Of a stretch of DNA of 22,312 bases, positions 14,591-22,312 are shown one piece after another. Positions within the stretch are counted from its first letter, which is position 1; each line of letters begins with the position of its first letter. The position numbers and the translations under genes were made by a program. The notes beneath the pieces are model-generated. The model made no database searches and had not been told where the DNA came from. It saw nothing but the letters and a program-made list of their open reading frames with translations. Source of the DNA: Fibrobacterales bacterium (lineage in GTDB: Bacteria > Fibrobacterota > Fibrobacteria > Fibrobacterales > JAOPTW01); contig JAOPTX010000051.1 in the NCBI GenBank assembly GCA_051532055.1, forward strand, positions 1 to 22,312. Direction: 5' to 3'.

Positions 14591-16432
14591 TTACCGTCCA
14601 AATTTTGAGTTGAGATCTTTTAAAGGCATATTAACAATGATCGGTTTATTAAAAGGGGAGATGTAGGGGTCTTCAGTTGCAAAAAGCGAATCCATGAGTG
14701 AGGCCATTTGGTCGTGGTTGAGAAGAGCGCCTCGTTTAATTGCGGTGCCGGATGCATAGGACTTTGCAATAACATCAACGGTATTGATTTCAGTAATTGG
14801 TTCATGTCGAATTTGTGCAATCATATCACGAATCGAGTACTCTGCATCAGAGAGGCTCATGTCATTGGGGATGCCTCTTAATTGATAGCAGTTATTGCCA
14901 AAGGGCTCGAGATCGAAAGCGAGTGTTTTAAATGATTCTAAATACTCTTCAACGAGAGTAAATTCTTCAGGAGTAAATTCAATAATCTCAGGAAAGAGAA
15001 TCTGTTGAATACTCATTGAGTGGTTGTTTTCTAGGCTTCCTCGCGCTTCTTCATAGAGTATTCTTTGGTGGGCGCGATTTTGGTCAATTATGACCATCCC
15101 GGACTTAGTTTCGGCAATAATAAAAGTTGCATGAAGCTGAAAGTATGAGCTTTGAAACTGGTCTTGTGTTTGAATATTTTGGGACTTTTGTTCTTCGAAC
15201 AGAGTGTTCTGTTTGTGAAAATGAGCAAGTGAAATAATGTTTTCATTTTCTGGTTGAGAGAAGAGGTCTTGAACGACGGCCTCAGATTCTTGTGGTGGAG
15301 TCGCTGTCGTTGTTTGTTTAGGCGGTGTACCGGTAGGGTTTGACACTTGTGATTCGGATACAGGAAAGACAAACACTTTTTCAAAGGGGGCTTCTGCCGT
15401 ATCTCCAATTTCTGGAAGTGCAGCATTGCCTTGGAGTGCAGCTTTAATAGCTCGAATCATTGAACTATACACCATTGAGTCAGAGGTAAAACGAACCTCT
15501 TTTTTAGTGGGGTGTACATTAACATCGAAGGTGTCACAAGGCATCTCAATGAAGAGCACTGCCAGAGGGTAGCGGCCCGGGTATAGAGTAGCATAAGCTT
15601 TGTCGAGTGCAGATGCTAAAATATGATTACTTACGGGACGGTTGTTGAGATAAAAATATCTATTAGTCTTTCTCTTTTTAGATTGTTCGTAGTCACCAAT
15701 AAAGCCACGAATAAAAATGGTGCCATCATTCCAGTCAACCTCGAGCATTTTACGAGAAAAAGTTGCACCAAGAATTTCGGTAACTCGGTTTTCAATACTT
15801 CCAGCGGCACCATGAAAGAGTGTTTTTGGGCCGTTACTTAAGGTAAATTGAATATCGGGGTGGGTGAGTGCCAGGCGTGTGGTAATATCGACAATGCGAT
15901 TTAACTCTGTTTGATCACCTGCCATAAACTTTTTTCGAACAGGAGTATTGTGAAAGAGGTTTTTAACGGTAATAGTTGTTCCGGTGTCGAGAGCGACTTC
16001 TTCTTTAGATACAAGAGTTCCACTCTCGATTACAACTTTTTTGCCCACAGCATTGTCAGCTGTCTTCGACTCGATCTCAAGTTGAGATACGGCAGCGATT
16101 GATGAAAGAGCTTCCCCACGAAATCCATTAGTTGTGAGGATTTGTAAATCATCTGCGTTAACAAGTTTAGAGGTGGTATATCTCTGAAAGCATATGTCCA
16201 GATCATCTGGAGTGATTCCTGATCCATTATCGCTTATTTTAATCAGTGTTTTACCACCCTCGTCAATTTTAATAGTAACGGAGGTGGCTCCTGCGTCAAC
16301 GCAGTTTTCTAGAAGCTCTTTAACCACTGAGGAGGGGCGTTCAATCACCTCTCCTGCCGCTATTTTATTGATACACTCTTCACTGAGTGCTTTTATTTTT
16401 CCCTGAGTCATATCTAAAGTATTTGCGGTCAT
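14591..16432 (-). CDS. mutL: DNA mismatch repair protein MutL
   Basis: IAAGEVIERPSSVVKELLEN, DNGSG, TSK, GFRGEAL, DVNVHPTKKEVRF; C-terminal dimerisation domain with QQILFP clamp motif. Start at ATG 16432 or 16411 rather than 16522. Confidence 0.98.
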   Translation of the reverse strand: MTANTLDMTQGKIKALSEECINKIAAGEVIERPSSVVKELLENCVDAGATSVTIKIDEGGKTLIKISDNGSGITPDDLDICFQRYTTSKLVNADDLQILTTNGFRGEALSSIAAVSQLEIESKTADNAVGKKVVIESGTLVSKEEVALDTGTTITVKNLFHNTPVRKKFMAGDQTELNRIVDITTRLALTHPDIQFTLSNGPKTLFHGAAGSIENRVTEILGATFSRKMLEVDWNDGTIFIRGFIGDYEQSKKRKTNRYFYLNNRPVSNHILASALDKAYATLYPGRYPLAVLFIEMPCDTFDVNVHPTKKEVRFTSDSMVYSSMIRAIKAALQGNAALPEIGDTAEAPFEKVFVFPVSESQVSNPTGTPPKQTTTATPPQESEAVVQDLFSQPENENIISLAHFHKQNTLFEEQKSQNIQTQDQFQSSYFQLHATFIIAETKSGMVIIDQNRAHQRILYEEARGSLENNHSMSIQQILFPEIIEFTPEEFTLVEEYLESFKTLAFDLEPFGNNCYQLRGIPNDMSLSDAEYSIRDMIAQIRHEPITEINTVDVIAKSYASGTAIKRGALLNHDQMASLMDSLFATEDPYISPFNKPIIVNMPLKDLNSKFGR

Positions 16433-16490
16433 AGTTTTTGAAATTGTAGGGTGAATTGGGTTACCTGAAATTCTTAAGATAGCAATTATA

Positions 16491-16537
16491 CCACAATATG
16501 TGGTATTTTTTGAGTTACACACTACAGTATGTGTAAG
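16491..16537. promoter_or_regulatory. Candidate tandem NrdR-box-like operator upstream of mutL
   Basis: CCACAATATGTGGTAT (16491-16506) fits acaCwAtATaTwGtgt; related CTACAGTATGTGTAAG starts 31 bp further on (16522). Confidence 0.45.
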
Positions 16538-16579
16538 TGTCTGATTTGCAATAATATAGCTAAATGTTTGGCCGGAAAT

Positions 16580-16607
16580 AGTGGTTCAAGTGCTCCTTGA
16601 ACCCACT
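16580..16607 (-). terminator. Hairpin just after the dnaE stop, possible terminator
   Basis: AGTGG-TTCAAG-tgctc-CTTGAA-c-CCACT; weak U-run (ATTT) on the minus strand. Confidence 0.5.
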
Positions 16608-16610
16608 GCT

Positions 16611-19600
16611 CTACACTGACGCGGAGAGCCAGACGTTTTTCTCACCAAGAATATCCACAAGTTCATCAATAAAATCTTTTTCACTACTTACTTTATTTTT
16701 TTTCGATATGAGTGTATGGACTTTTTGAGAGTTGGTCTCTACATGTAAAATAAGGTCACAGGCGTTGGGCATATCTGATTCGAAATCTTCCGTGATCATT
16801 TCTAAATCGCGTATGGTGTCGTCATCGGTCGTGAGTGTAGAAATGTGGATATGAATACAACGTGCAAGTTGAGAACGTGCATCTTCCATGGGGATAACAC
16901 TTTCTCCCACCAGTTGTAATGCTTCAGTATCACGGCGTTTCTCTAGGCGGCCTTCGACAAGAAGCATTGCATCGAGGTTGATATAGTCTTTCACTGTTTC
17001 AAATTCGTCAGCCCAAAATACTGCTTCGAATGTTCCCACAATATCCTGAAGTGTGACAATGCCAAATGCGCGGTTGTCTTTTGTAGGAATAGCTCTGAAT
17101 GAAGTGACAATGCCGCCAATGGTTATGTTGTGCTCAGTAGTTTTTTTATTGCGATCCTTCCAGTCGGGTTTCGGTGGAATAGGGAGTTCTTCAAGATTTG
17201 CTGGGTCAAGATTACAGGTAGTGAAGCCTTCGAGTTCCATTTTGAAGTCTTCGAGAGGGTGTCCAGAGAAATAGACACCCAGAACTTGTTTCTCTTTTTC
17301 GAGTAATTCAATGTAGCTCCAGGGGTCCACGGATTCAAGTTTTGGTTCTGCATTTTCGAAACCTGCACTTGGATCATCACCCATATCAAAGAGTGAAACT
17401 TGGCCCATCTCTTTGTCTTTTTGCAGGCGACTCGCGTATTCAAGGGCAGTATCAACCGATGCATACTGCTCTGCACGGGTGCCGGGGAAGTGATCAAGGG
17501 CACCAGCCATTATCATGCATTCAAGTGAGCGTTTGTTGAATTTTTTAGGAAACCGCTTACAGAGGTCAAAAAGTGACTCAAAGGGGCCATTCTCGTTGCG
17601 CTCTTTTACCAATTCATCGATAAGACTGATTCCCACATTTTTAATGCCCCCAAGGCCATAGCGAATAGTGCCATCAGGGTTTGCTTTAAAGTAACTGATT
17701 GATTGGTTTACATCGGCGGGTAATATATTAACCCCGAGTTGTTTGCACTCTTCAATAAATACAACAATACGTTCGGTTTTATCGATCTCAGAGTTCATAA
17801 TTGCAGTCATGCACTCTGGGGCATGGTGGGCTTTGAGGTAGGCAGATTGAAAGGCGACATATCCGTAGGCAGCCGAGTGAGATTTGTTAAATGCATAGGC
17901 GCAGAAAGGGAGGAGCACTTCCCAAATGTTCTCTGCAAGTTCTTTAGTGTATCCTTTAGAAATAGCACCGTCAATATACTCAGGGTAAAGTTTGTCCATC
18001 TCTTTGGGTTTTTTCTTGGCCATGATACGGCGCATAATATCCGCTTTACCCAGAGAAAATCCACAGAGTGTTTGAGCAAGTCGCATTACCTGTTCCTGAT
18101 ATACGATTACCCCGTAGGTCTCACCTAAAATAGATTCAAAGTCTTCGTGGTAGCAGTCAACATCTTCTGTGCCTTGTTTACGAGCAATAAAGTGAGGAAT
18201 CTGCTCAATGGGTCCCGGCCGATAGAGTGCATTCATGGCAATCATATCTTCGAGACAAGTGGGTTTGAGGCGCTTTAGGTACTCTTGCATCCCTTCTGAC
18301 TCAAACTGGAAAACTCCAACGGTCAGTCCTTTGCCCAATAAGGTATATGTGGTAGGATCTCTCAGGTCGAGGTGATTTACATCCACAAATTTATTGTGGT
18401 TCTCTTTAATCGCTGCAACAGCTTCTTTAATTACTGAAAGGGTCCTGAGACCCAGAAAGTCCATTTTAAGAAACCCAACATCTTCAGCGTAAGTCTTGTC
18501 GTATTGAATAACGACATCATCCTCACCTGGGGCCTTGTAGAGTGGGGCTAGTTCTACAAGAGGTTTGGGGGCGATAATGACCGCAGCAGCGTGAATACCA
18601 GTCTGGCGGGTTAATCCTTCAAGTTTAAGGGCGTATGCCCAGAGTTGTCGCATCAAATCATTTTTATTGATGAGTGCGTCGAGATCATCTTTGTCATCCC
18701 CTTTTTCGAGTGCCTTAGTCAGGTCAAACCCAAGGGGAGGAATCATATCTGATATTTCTTTACGTTCTTCAAAAGGGATGTTAAGAGCGCGACCTACATC
18801 GTGCAGTACCGCTTTAGCTTTAAGTTTACTATAGGTGACCAATTGTGATACGTTAGGTGCTTTGTATTTCTTAATAACGTAGTTAATAACATCCTGACGT
18901 TCTTTATCTGAGAAGTCAGTATCAATATCGGGCATAGAAACCCGTTCTGGATTAAGAAACCTTTCAAAGAGTAGGTCAAACTGCATCGGCTCAAGATCGG
19001 TTATGCCAATAGTATAGCAGACTGCTGATCCTACCGCAGAACCCCGCCCAGGCCCTACTGGGATGTCATGTTCGCGGGCCCAGTTTATGAAATCCTGAGT
19101 GATAAGCATGTATCCCGATACTTTCATCTCTTTCATGATGTCGAGTTCAAGCTGAATCCGCTCTTTAACTTCATCTGTTACATTAGGGTATCTAGAATCG
19201 AGCTTGCTCCAGGTAATATGGGCTAGGTAATCATCTGAGTCGTCAAACCCTTCGGGGAATTCAAATTTAGGCCAGAATTCATCGCCACGGTCGGTGCGAA
19301 TGTCTACGTGACATTGGTCTGCAATAATACAGGTGTTTTCAATCGCCTCGGGATAGTCAATGAAGAGTTGTTCCATCTCCTCGGTAGATTTGACATGATA
19401 CTCTTCGACGGTGAAAAAATCATCGACGAATTCATCAAGGATCATTCCCTTCTCAATACAGCGGAGTACCCGGTGAGCTTTAGCATCATCTTTCACGGTA
19501 TAGTGGGTGTCGTTACTTGCTACCAAAGGGATGTTTTGTTCTTGGCTAATAACGGCTAGTTTCTTGTTGAGAGTATGCTCATCCACGAGGCCATGATTTT

Positions 19601-20123
19601 GTAAATTGAGATAAAAGTGGCCATCAAAGGCCTTGGTGTAGGTGTCAATTAACTGTTGTGCTCGGTCAGTTTTATCGAGTAGCAAGCTGGCGCCTATGAG
19701 TGTTTCTTTACTCCCCGTAAAGGCAAAGAGCCCTTCAGTATGTTGTTCAATAAGTGCAATAGGGACGAGTGGTTGCTGATTGAATCCCTCAATATGGCCA
19801 TGAGAAACAAGTTTCAATAGATTCTGATATCCGGCATCATTTTTGGCAATCAGGACAAGGCGGTCATAAATGACAGCTGTTGCATGGGTAGTGAGTTTAT
19901 TGGGGTCTTCATGGGTGACATAAAGATGGCAACCGAGAATGGGGTTGAGCCCCTCTTTCTTAGCGTTAAAGTAGAATTCAAGGATACCAAACATGTTGCC
20001 ATTATCAGTAAGAGCAACTGATGTTTGTCCATGTGCTTTAGTCTGAGCAACCAATTTTGCAGTCCTAATTGAAGACTGGAGCATTGAATATTCAGAGTGG
20101 TTTTGAAGATGGACAAACGACAT
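16611..20123 (-). CDS. dnaE: DNA polymerase III alpha subunit (DnaE1 type)
   Basis: PHP domain, GPGRGSAVGS, FERFLNPER.SMPDIDTDF, KMDFLGL, YAFNKSH, internal clamp motif QVSLF, OB fold and tau-binding C-terminus; 1170 aa, uninterrupted. Confidence 0.99.
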   Translation of the reverse strand: MSFVHLQNHSEYSMLQSSIRTAKLVAQTKAHGQTSVALTDNGNMFGILEFYFNAKKEGLNPILGCHLYVTHEDPNKLTTHATAVIYDRLVLIAKNDAGYQNLLKLVSHGHIEGFNQQPLVPIALIEQHTEGLFAFTGSKETLIGASLLLDKTDRAQQLIDTYTKAFDGHFYLNLQNHGLVDEHTLNKKLAVISQEQNIPLVASNDTHYTVKDDAKAHRVLRCIEKGMILDEFVDDFFTVEEYHVKSTEEMEQLFIDYPEAIENTCIIADQCHVDIRTDRGDEFWPKFEFPEGFDDSDDYLAHITWSKLDSRYPNVTDEVKERIQLELDIMKEMKVSGYMLITQDFINWAREHDIPVGPGRGSAVGSAVCYTIGITDLEPMQFDLLFERFLNPERVSMPDIDTDFSDKERQDVINYVIKKYKAPNVSQLVTYSKLKAKAVLHDVGRALNIPFEERKEISDMIPPLGFDLTKALEKGDDKDDLDALINKNDLMRQLWAYALKLEGLTRQTGIHAAAVIIAPKPLVELAPLYKAPGEDDVVIQYDKTYAEDVGFLKMDFLGLRTLSVIKEAVAAIKENHNKFVDVNHLDLRDPTTYTLLGKGLTVGVFQFESEGMQEYLKRLKPTCLEDMIAMNALYRPGPIEQIPHFIARKQGTEDVDCYHEDFESILGETYGVIVYQEQVMRLAQTLCGFSLGKADIMRRIMAKKKPKEMDKLYPEYIDGAISKGYTKELAENIWEVLLPFCAYAFNKSHSAAYGYVAFQSAYLKAHHAPECMTAIMNSEIDKTERIVVFIEECKQLGVNILPADVNQSISYFKANPDGTIRYGLGGIKNVGISLIDELVKERNENGPFESLFDLCKRFPKKFNKRSLECMIMAGALDHFPGTRAEQYASVDTALEYASRLQKDKEMGQVSLFDMGDDPSAGFENAEPKLESVDPWSYIELLEKEKQVLGVYFSGHPLEDFKMELEGFTTCNLDPANLEELPIPPKPDWKDRNKKTTEHNITIGGIVTSFRAIPTKDNRAFGIVTLQDIVGTFEAVFWADEFETVKDYINLDAMLLVEGRLEKRRDTEALQLVGESVIPMEDARSQLARCIHIHISTLTTDDDTIRDLEMITEDFESDMPNACDLILHVETNSQKVHTLISKKNKVSSEKDFIDELVDILGEKNVWLSASV

Positions 20124-20167
20124 GAAATACCTATTGTAAGCGCGTTGCTAAAGTATAGTATTTTATG

Positions 20168-20204
20168 AAAAAACCGGAATTATCAAAAGAACATTCCGGT
20201 TTTT
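20168..20204 (-). terminator. Rho-independent terminator after the 20212..22152 gene
   Basis: AAAAACCGGAAT (20169-20180) / ATTCCGGTTTTT (20193-20204), 12-nt loop. Confidence 0.7.
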
Positions 20205-20211
20205 AGAAGGG

Positions 20212-22152
20212 TTAATCTTCGAGAATCTTTATGTGTTCAATCTCATTGATGTTGATATACATATCTTCATTTGAATCAACAATGATTGAATGGAGGGTAA
20301 TTGGGTCTTTGTTTTGATTCAGGGAGATAGGGGTAACGATAGAGACTCTTCTAGTTTCGTCATTGCGTTTGGGTGATGAATTAAGAATAGCGCGTGACTC
20401 CTCGACTTCATGCCAAACAACCTCAACCTGTTCTTCCATGAGGACAGCGTATTTGATGTTTTTGAGGATTTGGGCAAATCCCATGTTTTTTGGCGGTGCA
20501 GTATAGGTGCTATTTTTTAGTGTAGCACTCTTCTTAGTTTGCGGCTCTGGAATAGAGTAGTCAATGTCATAATACACTGGTTCAGCGAGTTTCCACGTTG
20601 GGGAAATGGCATTTTCTTTAAGCTGCTGCATGAACTTTTTGGGCTCATTAGTATTGGTTGGTGGGGTGAGCCCGAAATGAGAGAGGAGCTCTCGTACATT
20701 CTCTTCTTGTCCATGTTTTAATACGAAGCCATATCCTGGTATGGTTTCAATGGTATGTTCTAGGAACTCAGGAAACGTTTTGAGCTCTTCAAATTTAGAT
20801 GATGAGTGTACCTTAAGAAGATAGGCTTGGCAGATTTCGCTATTGGTAGACTCTGCGATCCAGTCAGTCATGTTGTTTGAAACAATATCCGGAAAGGTAA
20901 GAGAGTCTTTTAGGGCAATGACATCTTGTGCGTCAATGGATGAGGACATGCCTTCTAGGAGGCGTACTTTCGAAAGAGTGTATTTTAAGAGACGATCATC
21001 ATTTGTAGGGGTTGCAATATGTTCAAGAATGAACTGTCTTTTGCCAAAAGCCTGTACTGGGTAGAGGATTTCAAAGTCTTGAGTACAAAAAGGAACCGAT
21101 TGCCCAAGAACAGTAGTGATGCCCTCCATGTCTCCAGTGATCCATGTGTTGCCTAAGGCAGATCTACGTATAGCAACAAGTTTACCATCATCCATAGAGA
21201 GTTCTATAAGGCCAAATACCCAGAGTTCCCTTATGATTTTAGGAAGGTCTTCCCAGCTCATTCCTTCGGTACCCTCAGAATAATTGCGTTTTCTGGTAGA
21301 GTCAAAAACCCACCAACGTTCACATGCTCTGTGAAGTGAACCTGCTTCAGTAGGGATTGTTTCTAATAGTGCTTTTGCAGTGGCAACATTTTTGCTAAAT
21401 CGGAGTTCTTCCCACCAATTAATGATGGTGATCAGTTGTTGAGTAGGCGAAATGTTTAAGAATGCATTAAATGTTTTTCCTACAGACAAGAGTAGCTCGC
21501 CATCCATAACATGTTTAGAACTATATCCAAAATTAAGAATCAGATCAAGTTCGTCATTTGATACGGTTTCACTAATCATACTGGAGTATGAAAAACGGTT
21601 TTGGAGAGATTGTAGGTACTTTTTGTGTATATCACCTGATGCGGTTATTTTAATATTGTTTTGGGAGATATAGGCGATTGTAGCAAAATAGTGAAAAGGG
21701 AGAAAGCTTGAATAGTCCATCCAGTGCTTTGCATTAGGGGTGTCGAAAACTAGTTGGCTTTTCTCTAATTTGTGAAAGCAGTCGTCAAAAAGGTCAGCGA
21801 ATCCAAAGAATACTGGCTGTGCCCCTTTGCGTTTAAAAATCAAAAGGTTCCATACGAGAGAATCTAAAATGGTAGAGAGCTCTTTTTTGGTAAATTTCTT
21901 AAATGAATTTTGGAGGCGATTGAATTCTATGCCTTTTGCACCTGATGCATAGATGTAGAACAGAATGTTTTTGTGCTCTTCGGTAAGGTCCTCAAGAATG
22001 GTAGCGATGCGATCATCTGAGAGTGCCCACTTTTTAACCTCTTCTATTATCTTGTTATTTGAAACAAGACCACCGCCACTTTTTACCCGGCCATGGATTT
22101 GGTTAAGAAAATTCTTCGGGGATGACTCTAAAAATTCTGCTATACTATGCAC
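20212..22152 (-). CDS. Helicase-associated (XPB/Ssl2 N-terminal, Helicase_C_3-like) domain protein with a C-terminal WYL-like domain
   Basis: QDFEILYP...DDRLLKYTLSKVRLLEGMSSSIDAQDVIALKDSLTFPDIVSNNMTDW resembles PF13625; C-terminal IKYAVLMEEQVEVVW...VTPISL...ININEIEHIKIL resembles the WYL fold; no Walker A or DEAH motif. GTG 22152 follows GAGGTG at 8 nt. Confidence 0.7.
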   Translation of the reverse strand: MHSIAEFLESSPKNFLNQIHGRVKSGGGLVSNNKIIEEVKKWALSDDRIATILEDLTEEHKNILFYIYASGAKGIEFNRLQNSFKKFTKKELSTILDSLVWNLLIFKRKGAQPVFFGFADLFDDCFHKLEKSQLVFDTPNAKHWMDYSSFLPFHYFATIAYISQNNIKITASGDIHKKYLQSLQNRFSYSSMISETVSNDELDLILNFGYSSKHVMDGELLLSVGKTFNAFLNISPTQQLITIINWWEELRFSKNVATAKALLETIPTEAGSLHRACERWWVFDSTRKRNYSEGTEGMSWEDLPKIIRELWVFGLIELSMDDGKLVAIRRSALGNTWITGDMEGITTVLGQSVPFCTQDFEILYPVQAFGKRQFILEHIATPTNDDRLLKYTLSKVRLLEGMSSSIDAQDVIALKDSLTFPDIVSNNMTDWIAESTNSEICQAYLLKVHSSSKFEELKTFPEFLEHTIETIPGYGFVLKHGQEENVRELLSHFGLTPPTNTNEPKKFMQQLKENAISPTWKLAEPVYYDIDYSIPEPQTKKSATLKNSTYTAPPKNMGFAQILKNIKYAVLMEEQVEVVWHEVEESRAILNSSPKRNDETRRVSIVTPISLNQNKDPITLHSIIVDSNEDMYININEIEHIKILED

Positions 22153-22218
22153 GGACAATTCACCTCTATAAATGCGGGGCAAATATAATAAAAATTAAGG
22201 AATCTGTCTTTTGGGGGT

Positions 22219-22255
22219 AAAAAAAGAAAAAGCCCTCAAAATCACATTGAGGGCC
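22219..22255 (-). terminator. Rho-independent terminator after the flagellin-like gene
   Basis: GCCCTCAA-7 nt-TTGAGGGC followed on the minus strand by TTTTTCTTTTTTT. Confidence 0.88.
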
Positions 22256-22274
22256 TTGCGTATTAATCGAAACT

Positions 22275-22312
22275 TTAGCCGATCAGTGCTAAAGCTCCTT
22301 GTGGTGCAGCGT
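22275..22312 (-). CDS. 3' end of a probable flagellin gene (truncated by the window edge; absent from the ORF track)
   Basis: Minus strand reads (x)AAPQGALALIG*, fitting the flagellin C-terminal AQANxxPQxxLxLL pattern; preceding partial codon nAC is compatible with Asn; strong terminator follows. Only 11 full codons are visible. Confidence 0.7.
   Translation of the reverse strand, partial: AAPQGALALIG

Noticed and set aside
16611..20123. Intein or split dnaE
   Set aside because: Normal length; YAFNKSH region uninterrupted; no C...HN splice motifs
490..22171. Many short (60-130 aa) ORFs in the track overlapping long genes, e.g. 490..690, 6066..6404, 15088..15426, 17123..17503, 17739..18128
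   Set aside because: Antisense or off-frame shadows of well-supported genes with no recognisable motifs
1..22312. CRISPR array, IS element, prophage or defence system
   Set aside because: No spaced direct repeats and no transposase, integrase, phage or defence motifs; the longest intergenic gaps are explained by promoters, terminators and a tRNA

Overview
AT-rich bacterial chromosomal segment that looks like core genome; the Gram-negative, flagellated host is inferred from waaA and a flagellin-like C-terminus, and a Fibrobacterota-like lineage is only a guess. In order it holds metK, an SH3-like exported protein, mltG, a TPR lipoprotein, and tRNA-Ile2(CAU) with its own sigma70 promoter and terminator. 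Next come a cysteine-free thioredoxin, an HD-GYP protein behind a sigma28-like promoter, an Hpt / hybrid kinase / receiver module, an exported ankyrin protein and a Crp-like protein. A minus-strand run ends the window: flagellin 3' end, XPB-associated (Helicase_C_3)/WYL-like protein, dnaE, then mutL-hyp-waaA-ispH. I found no mobile element, CRISPR array, intein or defence island. The most notable signals are at residue level: the DnaE PHP proofreading site and the adjacent MutL endonuclease site both appear degenerate, they sit next to an orphan XPB-partner-like gene, a tandem NrdR-box-like site precedes mutL, and the thioredoxin has DDLS in place of CxxC. All family calls come from recognising motifs by eye; no database searches were run.
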